Positions 26,601-39,800 of a stretch of DNA of 64,000 nt are shown here, in pieces. A program made the position numbers and the translations under genes. Within the stretch, counting starts at the first letter, position 1. Each line of letters starts with the position of its first letter. The stretch comes from Aplysia californica (Eukaryota): contig NW_004797424.1 of NCBI RefSeq assembly GCF_000002075.1, positions 666,020 through 730,019 of the forward strand, read 5' to 3'. The notes beneath the pieces were generated by a model. It did no database searches. It was not told the DNA's origin and worked only from the letters and a program-made list of their open reading frames with translations.

Positions 26601-29600
26601 GGCCTTCTTCTTGGGTAAGTCAGAAATTCTTTGTCTTTTTCTTCCACTTCTTCTTGTCTTCATCCATTTTCTATTTGTGGTGGCCGAAATTTACTGTTCC
26701 AAAGGCTTTTTAATGGCTGCATCGATCAAGATGCAGTTTTCGCCAAAAGATTCGTAAAAATATTCTCCAGATCATGACACCCTTCGTTTTTTCAATTTTG
26801 AGACAATTTTGCTGCAAAAAGCTACATTCCTTTATTTCGCCGATCGCTTTTGTAGGCCGACGCTTCTGTCTCTGTAATTTTAGAAAATCCGTCAGGTTTA
26901 TTTATTTCTAGTACTTCCGTTCGATACTATCACGCATGGTCGCGCAATACTGAGCACTATTTTAAGTGTGCGACCGGTATAGATCTAGCCTCATGTTTTC
27001 TTTTTTTACTTGGTGCTAAATTTGACTACACATGATCCTTTCGTTTGGTGCCCATCATCGCTTTTTCTGGACTCCTTTGTCAAATTCTTTTTCTTGCTTC
27101 TGGGAACAATTAACACGCTTCTGTCTCAATCCGTTCATCGAACGGGGGCCCAGCTAGTTATTAGCATAAGGCTCTGAGATTATTCTTCTTTCTCTCCCTC
27201 TTCTTTGTTTAATCATTGTTATCATCATTTAGGGCTTTTAGCATTTTTTTCTTTGTCTTTTTCTTTCCCTTTCTTGTTTTATTGCCACCATCATGATTTT
27301 TCTGAATATCAGTCAAGTGATTTACAACTCTTTATGGCGTTATACAGGAGCCCTGACCGACATGCCTGCTGTGAAGGTTTTCTCGCTGTACGCTGCCATG
27401 GCTGTTCTGTTTGACTTCCTGCTGCAGATAACCTGCTTTATCTCGCTCCTTTATCTGGATGCCAAGAGGGAGGAGGTAAGAGAAATAAGTTTTGGAAGAA
27501 TTTTCCTTGGTATATATAATTCCTTTGAAGGTTTAAATTCATTTTTGGTACCGAAATTTCTACGGGGAGGATGAGGGGTAATTGTTTACTTCTACGTTTT
27601 GGTTGCCCTGCTAAATTCGAAATAATTTATTCTGTAAATAGATGAACTGTAGCTTGTCTGCAATTTTAGAGCTTAATGGTTAGTGGTTCTTTAGACAGAG
27701 AACCTTCTGATTCAACCAATTGTTTGTATATTTTTGCTTCTGCTACCACTTAATGCTACTATTAGACTGTTCAGTGGCTAAACCGTCATTTCGCTCATTT
27801 CACTGCTGTTACTTTTCCATACTTCTCCTCAATTTGGGGCGTCATGCTTAAAATATTCAATTTGAGCACATTGCACTCCGAATATATTTTTTGAGTGTCA
27901 TCACTTGTAACTACATGCTCACTTCATATTTAGTTCTAGGGAATAGGTTTAACAAGTGAAATCTTCAGCCGGGCAATTTACTGATGTTCAGTCTTCTTAT
28001 TTAGGATACTCTCAGTCTATGCTTGTTGTTAAGGTGGTCAAAATTCTTGACTACAATTCCTCAAATTCTTGTACACCTGGTTATGGACTGTCAAATGAAT
28101 GTGGGCATGGTATTCTTTCTTTGTTCTCAGGCAAATCGACTGGATTTCTGCTGCTGTGCCCGTGTTGATGCGGAAAGTCCCAAGAATGGCAGTGGAATTT
28201 TGTACACAATTGTCAGCAAATATTACGCTCATTTTCTCATGAAGGAATGGGTGCGACCAATTGTGGTAAGGGTCGCTGCTCTTTGTGTTTTAGGTTATTT
28301 TCCACTGTGCTTTTTTTTTATTGCTCTGTGTATTTTGTGGAGATAGGTATTGTCCATTACGTTTATGCAGCAGCAGTGGTATTAATTATGGTATTTTCAC
28401 TTCTTTGCACATGTTTCGTTGTCACAGCTGCAACTGAAAATTTACTTCCTGAAGGGAAATAACAGACAGCCATAAGAATGGACAAATTGTGTTTTTCATA
28501 AGTATTGGGTTTTTGTTTTTTGGCACAGGTGACTAGTCCATCTGATGCTTATACTCTGTGAGGGGGGGGTGGGGGGTGTATGTAACATTGTGAAAATGAA
28601 TTGCTACAGCAATACAGGAATAGCACAGGGCATTATGATCTGATGCATGTGAGTGCGTTAACAAAAGTGTAACCTTGCTTTCCTCAGATGGTGATCTTTG
28701 TGGGTTGGTCCTGTGCCAGCGGTGCTTTGACCTCCAGAGTCAACATCGGTTTGGACCAGTCTCTCTCTATGCCAAAGGTGTGTGTCTGTTGATCTTGCCT
28801 TTTTTCCTACATTAGATGGCCGTTATAATGGTGATGTGCTTCTCTTTACACATTGTAAACTCATAGCCTGAAAGAGATGGAAGAATCTAATGAAATAACA
28901 TTGAAATGAAGAGTTTTGGGTGGCTGGAGGGTGCCACTTGTAGGTACTACCCTTTTTTCTTTTGTTTTCTTTTGATGTTTCTGTTTGCCCTACAGTGAGA
29001 TCAGGAAACAGTAATGTTGTCAGGCTGACCTTCAGTTTTGTTAAGTCCAAGTACGGTCCATCCTGCTCTAAGAATGTATAAGATAATAAGCTGTACAAAC
29101 GACCACTTCCCACTCGCCTTTGTATTTTTTCTAAAGAGATAAAAGTTCGTGATAGGTCCTTGCCATTAGTTATTTGAAATATGTTGAAATGAGAGTTGGG
29201 CCCACTGAGGATTCTCTCTGTCTTTAGGCCCTTTTTTTTTAAACTACACTAAATGACCTTTATTATGCCAATGTGTCTCTACTTACTCAATCAGATTTAA
29301 AACTTTAGCGTAATGTATCTTTTCTTCCCCAATACTCGTATTTTGTGGGCTTGATTATGTCAATTTGGTTCTCTTGACCCCAAACAAATTGAAATGAGTT
29401 TTTTAAAGATAAAAAAGCTCTAGCATCACATACGTTCTCTCCCTCAGGACTCGTATGTACTGGACTACTTCCACAACATCTCTACCTACCTGTCTGTGGG
29501 TGCCCCCGTGTACTTTGTGGTGCGAGACGGACACGACTACACAACGTACGATGGTCAGAACGCAGTGTGTGGGGTGGCGGGATGTCCCCAGACCTCTGTG

Positions 29601-30606
29601 GTGCAGCAGATCAACAGTGCCTCTCTCTTGCCAAATGAGTATGTCTTTTATTCATAATTACATTTGTTTTAAGGTTACCAAAACATGGGAAATAGCTCCC
29701 CACCCCCAATAAAAAATAAATCACCGTATCCGAAACTAAGAATCCTGGGAAAATATGGAATATCTCAAGAAACTTAAAATGTGGCGTGGGTGTTTTGTAG
29801 GTGTTCCTTTGTGATCAGCTCTTACTTCATATTTAAGGGGCTAAAGCTTTACTCTTGCGTACTCGCAGCACCTACTTCTTTCTCAGTGGCTACCTGGTGA
29901 AATGTAGCTTTTATTATGCCTGCTCTCAGAGTGTCTGCAACTCAATGGCATTTGTTACTGACACTGAAATCAATTCCCACACACTTGAGAGAGTGAGGAA
30001 GAGAGAGAGATAGCCGGAGGTGAGCAATAAAATTCTCCATCAGGATTCTAACTACGACTGTAAGCAGATGAGCTTTGAGATAAATCCAGACGAGGAGAAG
30101 GCAGCAGCTATTGACTGTGGCGGTTCTCCACAACAACAATGCATTGTTCGCGTGTCGCCGGGCGCGGGGCGCAAAAACACTTACGCGCGGTGATAGCTGC
30201 CCCGGCGATGCTCAGGGATGCTGTCATGTCATGAGAAAATGTAGTACCGTCTGTAGTTAGTTCACTAGGTTACTAGGCCTTTAACAAAGAAGGAGGCCTG
30301 TGATTTCTATTGCACATTTTAGGCAACCCCACCTCTAATTGACCTTTAAGTTAACATACATTCTAATTCTAATAGACGCAGATACATTACTACGTCTCTA
30401 TAGATCTGAAAAAATAATATCACCGTAATTAAAGGAATAATCGGTTTAATTTTCAGCAAATTTACTCGTTCTCCAGTGTCCCTCTGACATCTCTCTCTCC
30501 CTCTCTGTCGGTCTGTCTGTCTTTTTTTCTCTCCCTGTCTCTTTTTCTCTTTCACTGTCTCTCTTTTTCCCCCCTCTCTCCCCCTGACTGTCTGTCTGTC
30601 TGTCTC

Positions 30607-30648
<42 letters not shown>

Positions 30649-33600
30649 CCTCCCTCCCTCCCTCCCTCTGCGTCGGTACGTTAGCCTAGTGGTTTGGCTA
30701 CCAGACTCGTAATCATGAGATTGCAGGTCCTTGGGAAAGGCACTTTACACGAACTTCCCACTTGGCTCGGTCCTATCGGAGACGGACGTTTACTAGCAGG
30801 TCCCGCCTCTTAAATAACCTAATAGTGTTGATTTCACCATTTCTCTCTCTCTCNNNNNNNNNNNNNNNNNNNNNNNNNNNNNNNNNNNNNNNNNNNNNNN
30901 NNNNNNNNNNNNNNNNNNNNNNNNNNNNNNNNNNNNNNNNNNNNNNNNNNNNNNNNNNNNNNNNNNNNNNNNNNNNNNNNNNNNNNNNNNNNNNNNNNNN
31001 NNNNNNNNNNNNNNNNNNNNNNNNNNNNNNNNNNNNNNNNNNNNNNNNNNNNNNNNNNNNNNNNNNNNNNNNNNNNNNNNNNNNNNNNNNNNNNNNNNNN
31101 NNNNNNNNNNNNNNNNNNNNNNNNNNNNNNNNNNNNNNNNNNNNNNNNNNNNNNNNNNNNNNNNNNNNNNNNNNNNNNNNNNNNNNNNNNNNNNNNNNNN
31201 NNNNNNNNNNNNNNNNNNNNNNNNNNNNNNNNNNNNNNNNNNNNNNNNNNNNNNNNNNNNNNNNNNNNNNNNNNNNTTCAGATCATGGCAAAGCACATGA
31301 AGCAATAATAAATCTACCACTTAAAGAGTTAAATAGGAACCCTAACACCTTCCATCCCCCATCCCCCCCTCCCCCCGCGCAAATTAAAAATGGTGATCGG
31401 ACCAAGAAAGTAGCAAAACCGATCGATGGTACTTTGTATTTAGACATCTTTTCGCATACCCAGGTAACATATCTTTCACTAGTAGTAGTAGAATGCAAGC
31501 TCAATTTGGGCATTTACACAGGAAAAAACCCCCCAACCCAATTAATAGCTGAGATAACAAAGCTGAAGTGTGCTGAGTTTGTGCATGGCGTATCAGTCTG
31601 ATAGGACCACAATCACATTGTCATTATTTTTATCTATATTTTTCTATTCATCAAAATATATTCGTTATCCTTTGGAAATCGAAAGAAACTCAGATTTTGA
31701 TTCTAATAGGTGCAGTTTATAGCAGAACGCCATTGACATTTCGTGCTAACCGGGGCCATGCTAGTCTGCGATCAACGAAAATGCCTTGAACAATGGACGC
31801 AGTTTTTTTTTGTTTACCACGCGTTTCTCCACGATCAGCTGGTGACCCAGATATGTGCATCCGGGCGAAGTGCCATCTCTCTAGTATTACTGTAAACTCT
31901 CTGGTGTCACTGTCTGCGATAACCCAACCTTATAGACAAGTTGAATTTGTTTAGGATGAAATGAAAAATTTTTGCCAATTTGTTCTTTTGTTTCAGTTCG
32001 TACATTGCTCAACCTGTATCATCTTGGTTAGATGACTACTTCTCGTGGCTTGTGGTCAGTCCGTGTTGTCGGACGTATGAGGACACAGGAGATTTCTGTC
32101 CGTCTTCAGGTAAGTTTGCACTGCATTGCTGTAATATGTCACATAATTTCATGAATCTGATTAGTGTCTATGGGGGAATAAAACATTTTCACTAGCAGCA
32201 CTAGTACATAACATGGAATATATAGAGCTGGAAGAAAATCTTTAGTACATAGCAAAGAAACTACTGTGTGTTTGTACTTGTTGGAAATGTTATAGTTTAA
32301 TCAATAATGAATCATTTTCTTAGTTCCAGTGTCAGTGCGTGAAAATGAGACAAATTTTTAAATGATTTAAATGAGTCATCCTCATTTTTCTCTTGCTAAG
32401 TGGCTGGTTGGCAGGTGTTTTTTTTTTTTTTCCAATCAAGCATCTGTAGCCCTTGTCTTTTCTTCTTTTCTTTGTATGTTACGCTCTAGTAGTTACATCT
32501 CTAATCTTCGACACTTACATGACCAGTTTGTGTTTCAAACGCTGCTCAACTTTTACTATTTCTAAATTAACTATGTTGTTACTAGTCATAGGGTCCTGCT
32601 AGTCACTCTCCTCAGTCACTGATTTTGCCACCTGTTGTTGTCCCTTTACAGAACAGAACAAGACCTGCCTTGCTTGCAACGTCACGGACAAGTACAAAGG
32701 GCGCCCCATCAGTCATGACTTTGACAAATTCCTTCCTTGGTTCTTGAAGGACAACCCCAACATTCACTGTGCGAAGGGGTATGTCACTGGCGTGTCATTG
32801 TCTGGTGTCCACATAGACTTGCAACATAATATCCCAGACCTTACTCCCACATAACTTTGGTTCACTTCGGAGCCATATGATATGACGGGGGGGGGTGTTA
32901 CCAAATGCACTCAACTGCAGCGTTTTGCCCTTCTTTTGGGCTCTCATGAAGCGCACACTTCGTAGCAAAGTTTTATAGAGAGCAACGAACATTCGCTATG
33001 ACTGAGCATGGTCTAGGATAGTATAATTAAAGTCTATGGGTGTTGAGCATTCCATTTTTATCATTTTTGCCAAACAGTGGGTGGAGTCATGAGGGAACTA
33101 GCATAACTGGCTGTGATTCTTAGATGGTGGTCACTTGGTTTCTCATTGTTTTAGAAGCCAGTCTGTGGTTGGAGGGCATCCGTCACTGGTAGGTCCAATC
33201 TCTTTTCTTTCCCTCAGCTATTTATGATTTTATAATGTGCGTTTTGGGGTTGTTTTTTTTTCTTTGACAGAGGCCATGCAGCCTATGGGTCAGCAGTGCA
33301 GCTGAGTAACGATTCCCATCACGAAACACATGTTGGAGGTGAGTCTTCTAGTGTGGTCTGCTTCTTTTACTTCTTTTAAATGTTGTCTGAATCTGTTCTT
33401 CTCAAAATGTGCAGGTGGTTGGAGGGTGCCGTTGGTAGGTGCTGCTTCTAAGATTTCTTCCCCCTCCCCCTGTTGTTTAGGTCTCGATATCTTTCTCTCT
33501 ATCCTCATTAAGAGATCATTATTTTGCTGATGTTCTCTTCTTTACTGAAACTGAAAGCTTATGAAGTGTGTGGTCTATATTATGCATGTTCTCCACACCC

Positions 33601-33851
33601 TACAACTTGTCAAAACTACATGACTGTTAAAACTGTGCTTTGCTTATTACTTGAACTGTTGCAAGTAAAGATGATTCCGTTTGTCATGGTGACGACCATA
33701 TTTCTGCACTAATTACTCCTATTGGGGGGAGCCTGTGTCATTTTCTTTCTGGAATAAATCTGCTGTACTCTCAGAATCTGTATCTATTGACTTCACACTT
33801 CCATATGTACACGTGCGTATACACATACATTCTCTCTCTCTCCCTCTCTCT

Positions 33852-33896
<45 letters not shown>

Positions 33897-36800
33897 GGGT
33901 GGTTGGCAGGTGCTCTGGTGTGATTTGCTTCTTTTTTCCTATCAAACATCTATTGTCCTTATCTCCCCTTCTTCTTTTTAAAAATTTTTGTTTCTCACTT
34001 GTAACTCCTCTAATCATATGACCTTATGCAGTTGCGAGCACCGTAAAACCTCTACTAAAACAAAAATCTCTCTCTCTCCCTCCCTCCCTCCCTCCTCTCT
34101 CTTTTTTTCTCTCTTTCACTCTCTCTTACACAAAAGCACTCCCACACCTTTTCTCACACACACACACACACATGATATTAAGCCAAGTTTTTCTTCTGTC
34201 CACAGCTACATACTTCATGACCTACCACAGTGTCTTGAAGACATCCTCGGATTACATCACTGCTCTGAAGGAGGCCAGAAAAATTTCAGACAACATCACG
34301 TTGTCGATGAACGGGACCGGGAAAGTGTTCCCTTACAGGTGAGACTATTGCTCCTGACAGATCCAGTTGGAGAGTGGCAAATCAGAGGCTTCATTCACGC
34401 ATTGCAGATACTTTACTCTTGAAACCCTGAGATTTTTCCACCGTTTCCCTGAGTTTTTATCTAGTCACCTAAACCTGGTGCACTATGTCTTATTATAACC
34501 CCAAAAGCATGCCTCCAACTTCCAAATGGTGGAGACAAAGGCTTAGTCTTTACAAAAATAAAAAACTTGGTTCGGGAATTGTTCTGAAAAACAAGCAAAG
34601 ACTAGCACTAAACAAAACGGAACAGTTGTCACTAGTATCGGACGCTCCCAGCGTAGGGAACAGGGCTATTACCGCCGGACGCTCCCAGTGTCCGATGAGG
34701 TTTAAGGAGTTGAGCCAAGAGAGAAGCCTGCAAACTGCACATATCAATTAGTGATGAAGCATGTTCAAAATGGGGTTATCTCATCTCTGCCAGAATTGGG
34801 TCTCATTGGCGGTAGCAAAAGCCACAAGTAATCTTATCCCTTTGAGCCCTCGCCACTGGTACACTGGTGGTGTGTAAAACCAAAGAGTCTACATAACAAG
34901 AGCGGCCACTTCACTCTTTGAGCCAATTAAAAAAGTGTCCTCAAAATTCGGTGGCGCCCTCTTCGCAAAAGCGCACCCTTTGCGAACAGAGCTGCCCTAC
35001 TTGGGTTTTAAAAAATCAAAGTGTAACTAGCAAGTTTTGGAATTAATTTAGGAAGAACACTTTTTTAAAATGGTTACTCTGACAAAAAAAACTCTTCCGG
35101 AGGAAAGGGTGATTGTTTTGTTCGTTTAATTTGACTTTAGAATGAAAGGCGAGAGGTCATTAAAATAAAAAAAACCTAAAACTCCGCACTGAACGAACCC
35201 GAACTGCTGATGAAGAATCGATCTGCGCACGCAAGAAGGTGCTATTCCTATTCTTCTTCTGGAAAAACGAAAGAGAGCTTCAAAACAGACTGCAGCGCCA
35301 TCTGAAGCAAAGAGCGAACTTCCGGCGGACACTTTTTTGGCTGAGTGGCCCATCTTGTTATGTACTATCTTTGGTACTATCTTTGGTAAAACTGCCTGTA
35401 TGTCTAGCCACCGGTACACTGATGGTGTGTAAAACTGCCTGTATGTCTAGCCACCGGTACACCGATGGTGTGTAAAACTGCCTTTATGTCTAGCCACCGG
35501 TACAGCAGTGAGCGAGACCCGATCCCCAAACCAGCTCGCTTGGGACAAAACACGCTCGTGAAACTGTGTCTACTACCACAGTACGTTACTGATTATTTTG
35601 AAGGTCTTTCTGAATTAGATGCTAGTAAGGACAAGGACAACCAGAAGTGGGATATGGAATGTGATTCTGACGATCATATGAATGTTAGTAATATATCTAT
35701 TAGGAGCTCTGGCAGAGGGGCATGGTATCATCAGGAGGTCAGGGCTTGAAGGGTTAATCCTTATTTCCTCTATTTTGCTTAACCGTATCTGTATGTCACG
35801 TTTTTCTATCGTATCCATACGACGTGGGGAACTCTGTGCCACCACTTTCCAAAGAGGAAATTTACGCATTAATCCGATCCGTACGCTTTGCATAACAGTC
35901 TGTCAAAATGATTTTTTGAGAAATACTGAAAGTTTCAGAGATCTTTAAACTAGAAGTATTCTGAAATGTGAAGAATTTACCCCTGGGTGTATGGATAGGG
36001 TAAAAAAATATTCTCCTCAGCAGATGCGCTGGTCATTGTTAGACATTGGAGGACAAACTCTGTAGAGCTCAAAGGCCCCTTGTCTGTTGATGCTTGATAT
36101 CATGTACAGTGTCGTATAACACAATTTTGTGGGTGGTTGATTGGAGGGTGCCACTGGTAGGCCTTACTTATCTTCTGTTTCTTCGTTGTTTTCTGTCTGT
36201 CTGTCTTATATTTTCCCAACACTAAATAACCATTGTTCCATCAATGTGCTTCACTGTGCCCCAACTTTACTGTTGTGTGACCCCGAATTCTGTTTTCTCC
36301 TTTTTCCCAGCACTTAATGACAATGCTCTTCTCTGTATTTTAACAATGCTAGTGTACAACTTGGTGGTTCTCTTCTCTGCTTTGACTTGATATTTTAAAT
36401 GACTGATACTGTGTCCATCTGCTTCTCTGTACTCAAACAAACAATACTGGTGTTTGATTTGGGCTTATCGGCTTGGAATAGAGTGCCTACCTGGGTTGTT
36501 GAAAAATACAGCTGGCATTAACTGACACAGATCTGATCTTCCTATGGTGTTTAACATCCACATTGTGGGTGGTTGAAGGGTGCTCTGGTGTGGTTTACTT
36601 CTTCTTTGCTATCAAACTTCTTCTATCTTCTTTATCTCCCCTCCTTTTTTTGTGTGTTTGTTACTCTCTTGTAATACCTCTAATCTTCAGTGGGTGGTTG
36701 GTGGGTGCTCTGGTGTGGTTTGCTCCTTCTTTACTATAAAAAATCTATCGTCTCTATCTCCCCTCCTTTTTTATGTTTGTTACTCTCTTGTAACACCTCT

Positions 36801-39800
36801 AATCTTCTGGTGCTCATATGACGTTATGCAGTTGCGAGCGCCGAAAAACCTCTATTAAAACTAAACTTTAATCTTCGGCACTTAATGACTTTATTGTTTT
36901 GCAAGTGCCGTAAAACCTTTACTAAAACATATGGTGTTTAACATCCACTTTGTTTCTTCCCCTCTGTTCCAGCGTGTTCTACGTGTTCTACGAGCAGTAC
37001 CTGACCATCGTGGAGGACTCGGTGTTGAACATCCTGTACTGCCTGGCGGCCATCTTTGTCATTTCGTTCCTGCTGCTGGGCCTGGACCTGCACTCTGCGG
37101 TGCTGGTCGTGCTGACCATCCTCATGATCCTGGTGGACCTGATGGGCATGATGTACTTGTGGGACATAGACCTCAACGCTCTCTCGCTGGTCAACCTCAT
37201 CATGGTAAGGGGGTTTATAGTGTGTGTGTGTGTGTGTGTGTTCATGTAAAATTTGTGTGTTTGTACATGCATAGACCTCTACGCTCTCTCGCTAGTCAAC
37301 CTCATCCTGGAAAGGGGGTCATAGTGTGTGTGTGTGTATTCATGTAAAAGTTGTGTGTTTGTACATAGACCTCTTCAGTCTCTTGCTGGTCAATCACATC
37401 ATGAGTGTGTGTGCATATGTGTCTGTGCATATATTATTTAATTGTTTGTACATCAGCCTCAATGCTCTAGCCCTGGCCCTTCATCATGGTAAGGTGGTCT
37501 TAGTGTGTGTCTTTATATTTGTGAGTTTGCACATCGACCTCAAAGCTGTCGCTGGTCAACCTCATCACGGTAAGGTGGTCATAGTGTGTGTGTGTGTTTG
37601 TACATCATCTTCCACACTCTCTCGTTCTGTATGTATGCATGTGTGTGTGTCCATGTTTAAATTGGTATCTTTGTATTTGTGTAAGAAGATGTTCATAATA
37701 TGAATTGGTGGATAGGATTTATTTTTTTTTGTCTTGTAGTGTCTCTTTGTTATTTTTTAAGATAAAAAGTAATATTCCCAAACCTGTTTGTGTCAATAAA
37801 TAGTTGACTTCATCTGGTAAGGAAGTCCAGAGTCAGAAGAGGGTGCTGGGGTGAAAATAGCAAATACCAATCTTTTTTGATTGCCCTTGGAGAAGTTTTT
37901 CCTGCTTGTCATGACATGTGGACCCCGCTGGGTGGTGCCACTGACTGTAGTGTCTTTAGGCCATTCCCAAAGGGGGGACATTTCTCGTTCATGCACAGTA
38001 GAATTGTAAATGGGCTGATTCATCATGTCACGCTCATAACTGTGTCTGATCTACAACAGGGAACTGCTGCTTTTTCTTTCCTAATCCTTAATATTGTCAT
38101 TTTTCCTCTACTTCTTTTATATGTTTGTCACACTCTTGTGACTTGCTCTTTCTGGGGTACCTTGATAGTCGAAGCAGACTTTTTTTTTCTTTTTGTTTTT
38201 GTTTTTGGTAAGTGTTTTTACAGCGCTCGCAACTGCATAAGGTCATATGAGTGCGCAGGACACACCTAATATTTTCAGTTGGAAGGAAATTTTGAATTTT
38301 GCCCGGTTGTTGGCCGAAGCCTACTCTTATCGATTTTAGACCAACAATGGATCTTTAACGTGCGCAACTTGCACATGGGCCCTCCGAGATTTTTCGCCCT
38401 TGTCCGAGAAGGCTAGGTGTAGATCTTTCCTACCAGAAGATCAGGGGTGTGGCAGAAAGACAGCAGTTAGGAGGAGCCAAGGAGTAGCAGTAGAAAGGCT
38501 GCAGAAAGAGTCAGGAGCCCAGAGGAGGGGGCAAAGGAGGTGAAGGGGAGGGGGCAGAATGTGGAAACGAAAGCAGGCAACAGAACATTACTAGAGAGCA
38601 GGAAAAGAGGTGAAAGGAGACAATTTTAGAGAAGAAAATTTTTCGGTCGCTGCCCGGATTCGAACCCGGGACCTTTGAATGAGAGGCCAACACCTTGACC
38701 TCTAGGCCACGAGAGCCCCAAGCAGACTTTGTGCTATTGAAGCTAGAGAGGTGAGCAGAGTAAGTCTGATTTCCTGTAAAGACTTCTCTGTTGACACCCA
38801 CCCCTTGGCGCTCATATGACCTTATGCAGTTGCGAGTGCCGTAAAACTTCTACTAAAACTAAATAAACATGACATGTGAGACTGTCGTGCTCAACAGTAG
38901 CCAATGGTGGTGAAAACTGACGCATACTCTCTCATGCCCACTCAGACTTGGGTGTTGGGGCTATTAAAACTTTGCTCTCTGGGTGGTTGGCGGGTGCTCT
39001 GGTGTGGTTTGCTCCTTCTTTCCTATCAAACATCTATCGTCCTTATCTCTGCTCCTTCTTTTTTGTGTATGTTACTCTCTTGTAACACGTCTATTCTTCG
39101 GCACTTGTATGACCTTATTGTTTTGCAAGTGCCGTAAAAGTCTCACGAAAAAATTGGCTCTCGCTCGCTCTCTCTCTCTCATATACTTCGTTTTGTTGCT
39201 GCTTGCTGTGTGTACCTTTATACTATAACATTTTTGTTCTCATCTTTATTTCCTCCTTTTCAGGCCATCGGCATATCAGTGGAGTTCTGTTCCCACATCA
39301 TTCGAGCATTCACTGTCAGCGTTCTGCCCACTCGTAAAGAAAGAGCAAAGGATGCCTTAGGACATATGGGAAGCTCGGTGAGTGATGGTCTTGCCCAAAA
39401 TATCCAGCCCAGTCGGTTGTTCTCCTTTTAAGTTTTTTTTTCCTTCAATGCACCTGTTTACAAGTACCCTGGCAACAACTGAAAGTAAGCTGCAAGGTGC
39501 CCAATAATTTGAGAAAATCAGAAAAAAAAATTGTGTAGATAAGCATCAACTCCAGAACATTTTTTCTTATAAAATGTTTAATGAACAAAACCTCAACAAA
39601 AAATCATTCATGAGTATAAAGTGTTAAGTTAGGGAAAGGAATGGTCAACTTAAGAATATTTTTTAGCATTAAAGTGTTAAATAAATAAGGCCTCAACACG
39701 AGATCATTCTTGAGTGTAAAGTGTAGATTAAAGGAATTCTCACCCCAAGAATACCTTTTACTCTAAAATGTGAAATAAACAAAGCCTCGTGGAAGGTTGG

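Noticed and set aside
30762-31601. Long ORFs spanning N runs (also 8628-9015, 21520-21812 and 49667-50105)
   Set aside because: Artefacts of assembly gaps and microsatellites; the NPC1 frame is complete without any exon from the gaps.
35385-35503. 43-bp direct repeats resembling a CRISPR array
   Set aside because: The units are head-to-tail with no unique spacers and lie inside a eukaryotic DNA transposon.
38645-38719. tRNA-Glu-like sequence (also at 22636, 49295 and 50154)
   Set aside because: The acceptor stem does not pair and it runs into a SINE body with a TSD; it is a SINE head, not a tRNA gene.
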